Assembly (NCBI GenBank): GCA_002633005.1
Contig: NMRA01000251.1
Span: 311,997 to 375,996, forward strand
Length of the DNA: 64,000 nucleotides
Direction: 5' to 3'
Source: Phoronis australis
Lineage: Eukaryota > Animalia > Phoronida
Part shown: positions 59,452-64,000 of the stretch, piece by piece
How positions within the stretch are numbered: the stretch's first letter is position 1
Layout of the letters: each line of letters opens with the position of its first letter
Position numbers and translations under genes: made by a program
The notes under the pieces: generated by a model
The model's input: the letters and a program-made list of their open reading frames with translations, nothing else
Told to the model about the DNA's origin: nothing
Database searches by the model: none

Positions 59452-60684
59452 CCTCTACTGTAGATCGTCATAGGAGTTTCATTGCCATCATCCTACGCGG
59501 CAAGATGACACGGCCGTCGCACATATATGTGTACGCCGCCTTCACCCTGCTGATTTTTGGCATGGGTAAGTTTAGATAACTATTATCTCATTACTTATTG
59601 CATTGCAGGTTATTTTTTTGCTCAACGTACACTAAGTGCAGCTGAAATTCCCTCATTTGCCTTTCAGTGCGAACCTGTCTTTCTCAGTCGATAACTTGCA
59701 GAAAACTGCTCACAATAAGTAACAGGATAAGCATTTCAAAAGATAGGAGGTGATAGCCAATTTCACAAGTTTCGAATCACAGAACGAGGCTGCAAAGTGA
59801 CGTTTGTCATTTCATCGATCGTCTTTCAAAACTGACTTCAGATACTGCACTTATTGATCAAATCTTGAACTCGGCGTTTATTCAGGATTTCCTCAAATAG
59901 TTTTTAAACAAACGATCGCTAAGGCAATGTACATATCCCAAAATAATGAAGGACTGGACACAAATGATTTCTAGACAATATTACGGTTATATCACGTTGC
60001 GCACGGGAATTTCATTAACAGTGTACCTTTCTCATAATCGCGATTCTTTTCTTAAGAACTGCAACCCNCCTCTACTGTAGATCGTCATAGGAGTTTCATT
60101 GCCATCATCCTACGCGGCAAGATGACACGGCCGTCGCACATATATGTGTACGCCGCCTTCACCCTGCTGATTTTTGGCATGGGTAAGTTTAGATAACTAT
60201 TATCTAATTACTTATTGCATTGCAGGTTATTTTTTTGCTCAACGTACACTAAGTGCAGCTGAAATTCCCTCATTTGTCTTTCAGTGCGAACCTGTCTTTC
60301 TCAGTCGATAACTTGCAGAAAACTGCTCACAATAAGTAACAGGATAAGCATTTCTAAAGATAGGAGGTGATAGCCAATTTCACAAGTTTCAAATCACAGA
60401 ACGAGGCTGCAAAGCGACGTTTGTCATTTCATCGATCGTCTTTCAAAACTGACTTCAGATACTGCACTTATTGATCAAATCTTGAACTCGGCGTTTATTC
60501 AGGATTTCCTCAAATAGTTTTTAAACAAACGATCGCTAAGGCAATGTACATACCCCAAAATAATGAAGGACTGGACACAAATGATTTCTAGACAATATTA
60601 CGGTTATATCACGTTGCGCACGGGAATTTCATTAACAGTGTGCCTTTCTCACAATCGCGATTCTTTTCTTAAGAACTGCAACCC
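59452..60684. other. Single-N junction duplication (59452-60067 vs 60069-60684)
   Basis: 617-bp offset, near-identical copies, N at 60068. Confidence 0.9.
59505..59565 (+). CDS. Putative first coding (signal peptide) exon MTRPSHIYVYAAFTLLIFGM-G of a downstream secreted or membrane protein gene; duplicate copy at 60122-60182
   Basis: caagATG context, hydrophobic 20-aa stretch, strong phase-1 donor G|gtaagt, upstream acceptor ctactgtag at 59463; no downstream exon identified in the window. Confidence 0.55.
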
Positions 60685-61926
60685 ATTTTTATAAACCGCA
60701 GTGATATCCAACGATATTTGTTTGTTTTCTCACAAACTGCATTTCTTGTGACATGAGGCAGTGTTTGACCACGTGCAGCACGCGCCTGATTTTTCGCATT
60801 AATGTGTGTGCATTACACTGGCAACATTATGCGATTAATAAAAGAACTGTGTTTAAATAACTACCAGTAGACGAGGATTGGTTACTGACCTTGGGTATTT
60901 GGATAGCTGCTTTATATCAAATTTTCTACTGTATAACTGCAGAACATTGTAACAGAAAAGCTAACGTGTCCGAACAAATCGTCGCCTATTTACGAATTTT
61001 ACACATAAATATCAACTATCAACAATTGAGGACATGTCAGGTGCTTTAATGTTTTATTAAAGGTACTATAAACTAAATTCTGCCAAAAAGACCACCTTTT
61101 TTACTTAGACCAGTTTACCACTGAACGTGGACGTTAAGGCAATCCTAATCCTTCTTGAAGTTATTCAAGCGAACTAACTTTATATTTCATTGTACGCACG
61201 TGCCTGTTTTGTGAATAAAGTGGTCTACTACTATAAAAGCAGATGTCACTTGTTGATATCGTGTCATACAAAAGTAGGGCATTTTTAAAACTATAATTTC
61301 TAACGGCGTTTTAGAGAACATTACTTAAAGCATGGTATCTGAAAGCTTCGTATGAATCCGGCCAGTCATTTTTTGAGATATGGTGTTTCGAATTAGACTA
61401 TAGATTTTATAATTCATCCACGTGAATAAATAGATGTAAAAAATACATCTCGCGACCGCTGAACTAACACAATAAAAGGAACTTCTCAGCGTTATGAAGT
61501 CCACTAGCCATGATTTATAATTTTTTAATCCTTTCAATTTAGTCAAATTCGGAAATTTTTCTAGGTTGTTACTCCTACATGTACATGTGCATCACCTTAC
61601 GGCCCTGTCAGCACCGACATTCCGATTTTCCATTAGATTGCCGGGTGCGACTAATCCGAATGTGTAGACAGCTGTTCCGATACGACTTTGTGAGTTAAAC
61701 CGTCGTACGTGGATTAGTCGCGCAGGATAATGGGAAGGTGTAGATCTTAGTCAAGACCAATACGTTATATGAAATCTTATACAGAGTCCTTCGCGAAAAC
61801 CCAGTGTGCGCAGACAGTACTTAAGTCAGCACGCAAATTAGAAGTAATTTCAAGGCATGGAGAGAACAGAAAGTTGCAGGTTCAACACGTTGGTTTGACT
61901 GAGTTGCTTCTTCTATGCGCAGATTA

Positions 61927-62159
61927 AATGCTCGCACCCAACCTCAAAAATGGGGGGGGCTCGAATTTTTGAAAATATGGACCTTTTGCTTTAAAAAAAG
62001 GGTACATTCAGAGCTATGTATTGTACTCCTGCCTTTTTCGTGGATTTTTGTCTCGTTTTCTACTTTTCGAACTTTTGTTTCTCTGCGGCGGACCTTTTTG
62101 CCTACTTCGCCAAATGGGGGGGCTCCTTTGAGCCTCCCGGGCCCCCTGGGTGCGCGCAT
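61927..62159. mobile_element. MITE-like element with G-run subtermini
   Basis: atgctcgcaccca ... tgggtgcgcgcat imperfect TIRs. Confidence 0.45.
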
Positions 62160-64000
62160 GGATCATGGTCTAAAGCAATAACAATCGACGGTTGCCAATT
62201 TTTTACGAAATCGCTTCTAAGCTAATCTGAGCATGGACTACATTGAAAAGACCAGTTCTATAAGTGCGAGGTTAAAATCCAAAAATTATTCTTTACAGAA
62301 AACGGTTTTTATTAATCATATCATCGTCAGTTTTGTTTTCGTCATACTTCGACCTCCTCAATTATTGTTAACGTCATCACCATAAGCAACATGCGAATTA
62401 TCAGATATTTAAGAGTCTTGTATTTATAATGGCTTAAGTTTTAACACCAGCAATTCTCTCATGTATCAGTAAAAAGTATTTCCGCTGCGTCTAATCATGC
62501 ATGCGCTAACAATTTTAGTGCACGGGATGACTCGCATTACGAGTGTCATTTCTCTTGGGATCTTTCAAACACTCCATTGTTCACATAACTATTTTGGCAT
62601 ATCCCTCAACGTGGGTTTCTAACCAAAAGTTTCAGCTCTCGTTTGGGAAATATGACAATACAGTTTTCAGAGGACAAATACTCGTGGAGTCCTAAAACGA
62701 CATGCCGCCAGTGGCTTGCACATTTGAGTGAAATTTCGACGATCCTGTGTTTAAAATATACTATTTGACTTACCCAGCAATACCGGGACACCTCAGTTCA
62801 ATGAATAAAAAATCACAATAATATGGAAGCACACAGAAAAAGTCGAATTACACGGACTTAAAGGAAGCCTGCACTGTCTTCTCACTTAACACCTGTCTAC
62901 ACTGTGCGGCTTAAATATGAAATAATTCAAAAACGCCACGCGGAAACACACTTGTTGCATCACGTTTTTGAAAACTTACATAGTCTTGGCACGATCTGCC
63001 AAAGTTAGAAAACAACTTAACAGCAAAGTATGGGAGCAATGTCATTGCTGCGCCTCTAAAGTCTTGCTATAGTCCCCTATAAACACCAGAACCAAATTAG
63101 CTGATATCAAAACTTCACACAACCCTAAACCTCTTCTCCTAAACTCTACCGCACGCACAAAAAATTCCCAATACACAACGACGTAACGCCGGTCCCGGGG
63201 ATATTATGATTTCACGGCCGCGCCTCTAAATTCCAACTGTGGACTATAATGGCTCTCATGAAACAGCTACGCCGTACCTTGATCACAGGCTAAGGAGCAT
63301 TTTCACTATGTTCAGGGATGAAGGTATGAGATTTGTAGGCCTGCAGCGGGATTGGAGTTTATAGGACAGGAAATTTAAAGCCGCGTTTCAAGCAATTATT
63401 TCCACCTCTTTTAACTTGGGACATGCATGCGACGTGCGTAAGCGCGTCGCATGGTTATCACCTATAGGACGCTACCATTGATTTCTTTTGTTGCGTCTTT
63501 GTTGGATAAAACAATACAGGTTGCATGGATATCGTACCTTGGTTGCACATGAGCCAGTTACCGATAATTGCTTGCCATTATCTTCACTGTATCAACAACA
63601 ATGGATTAGACACCAGCTTGCGATCTAGTTTCCCCATGTTCACCAGACTCTAATGCGAAGAGGCTAGAAGCGAGACAAGACGACCCTATAGAGAGATATC
63701 TTACGATGGAATGAACTGAAGCGGTCAAATGTGAGAAACATTGCATGTATGAAGCGTTTTGACGCCCTTTATGTTAATCCTTGAAATGGAAATAAGTCGT
63801 GTTATGGCACAAACGTTATCGGAACTGTTTGTGTAGTGGTAAATGACCCTAATTAGAAGAAAATAATGTTAAAGCGTGTTTACAGAAAATTAATTGGAAG
63901 TAATAGAATCCTATCACGAAAAACAATATTATGAGACTGATTTTATGAGAGTGAAAGACTTATTATGCAATCTACACAAAGCGAAATGCAGCGTAATGTT

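Noticed and set aside
61037-63080. Second Kolobok-like element (ttaaaggtactata...tatagtcccctataa)
   Set aside because: Ends match poorly and the right TTAA is absent

Overview
This is eukaryotic (invertebrate animal-like) genomic DNA from a draft assembly, AT-rich and repeat-rich, with two N-gaps and six single-N junctions. The main gene is a + strand EPS15/EPS15L1-type endocytic adaptor. I traced 19 coding exons by hand (14506-50605, about 882 aa): three EH domains, a coiled coil, about 19 DPF motifs, a PALPPK proline-rich segment and a C-terminal UIM region. Its ATG exon was not located. Its largest intron (24779-39585) holds a complete 7-exon gene on the opposite strand (39086->27135, 432 aa) encoding a FAM187A-like type I membrane protein (signal peptide, Ig, Cys/Trp-rich linker, Ig, TM). 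This gene is not apparent from the ORF track. A signal-peptide exon of a further + strand gene starts at 59505. Repeats include a Kolobok-like element with TTAA TSDs and a decayed THAP ORF, LINE fragments, tRNA-derived SINE heads, MITEs, minisatellites and GA-mismatch hairpins. The tandem 'duplications' at single Ns look like uncollapsed haplotypes, and comparing copies reveals candidate heterozygous transposon insertions. All calls come from manual translation and motif recognition; no database searches were run.
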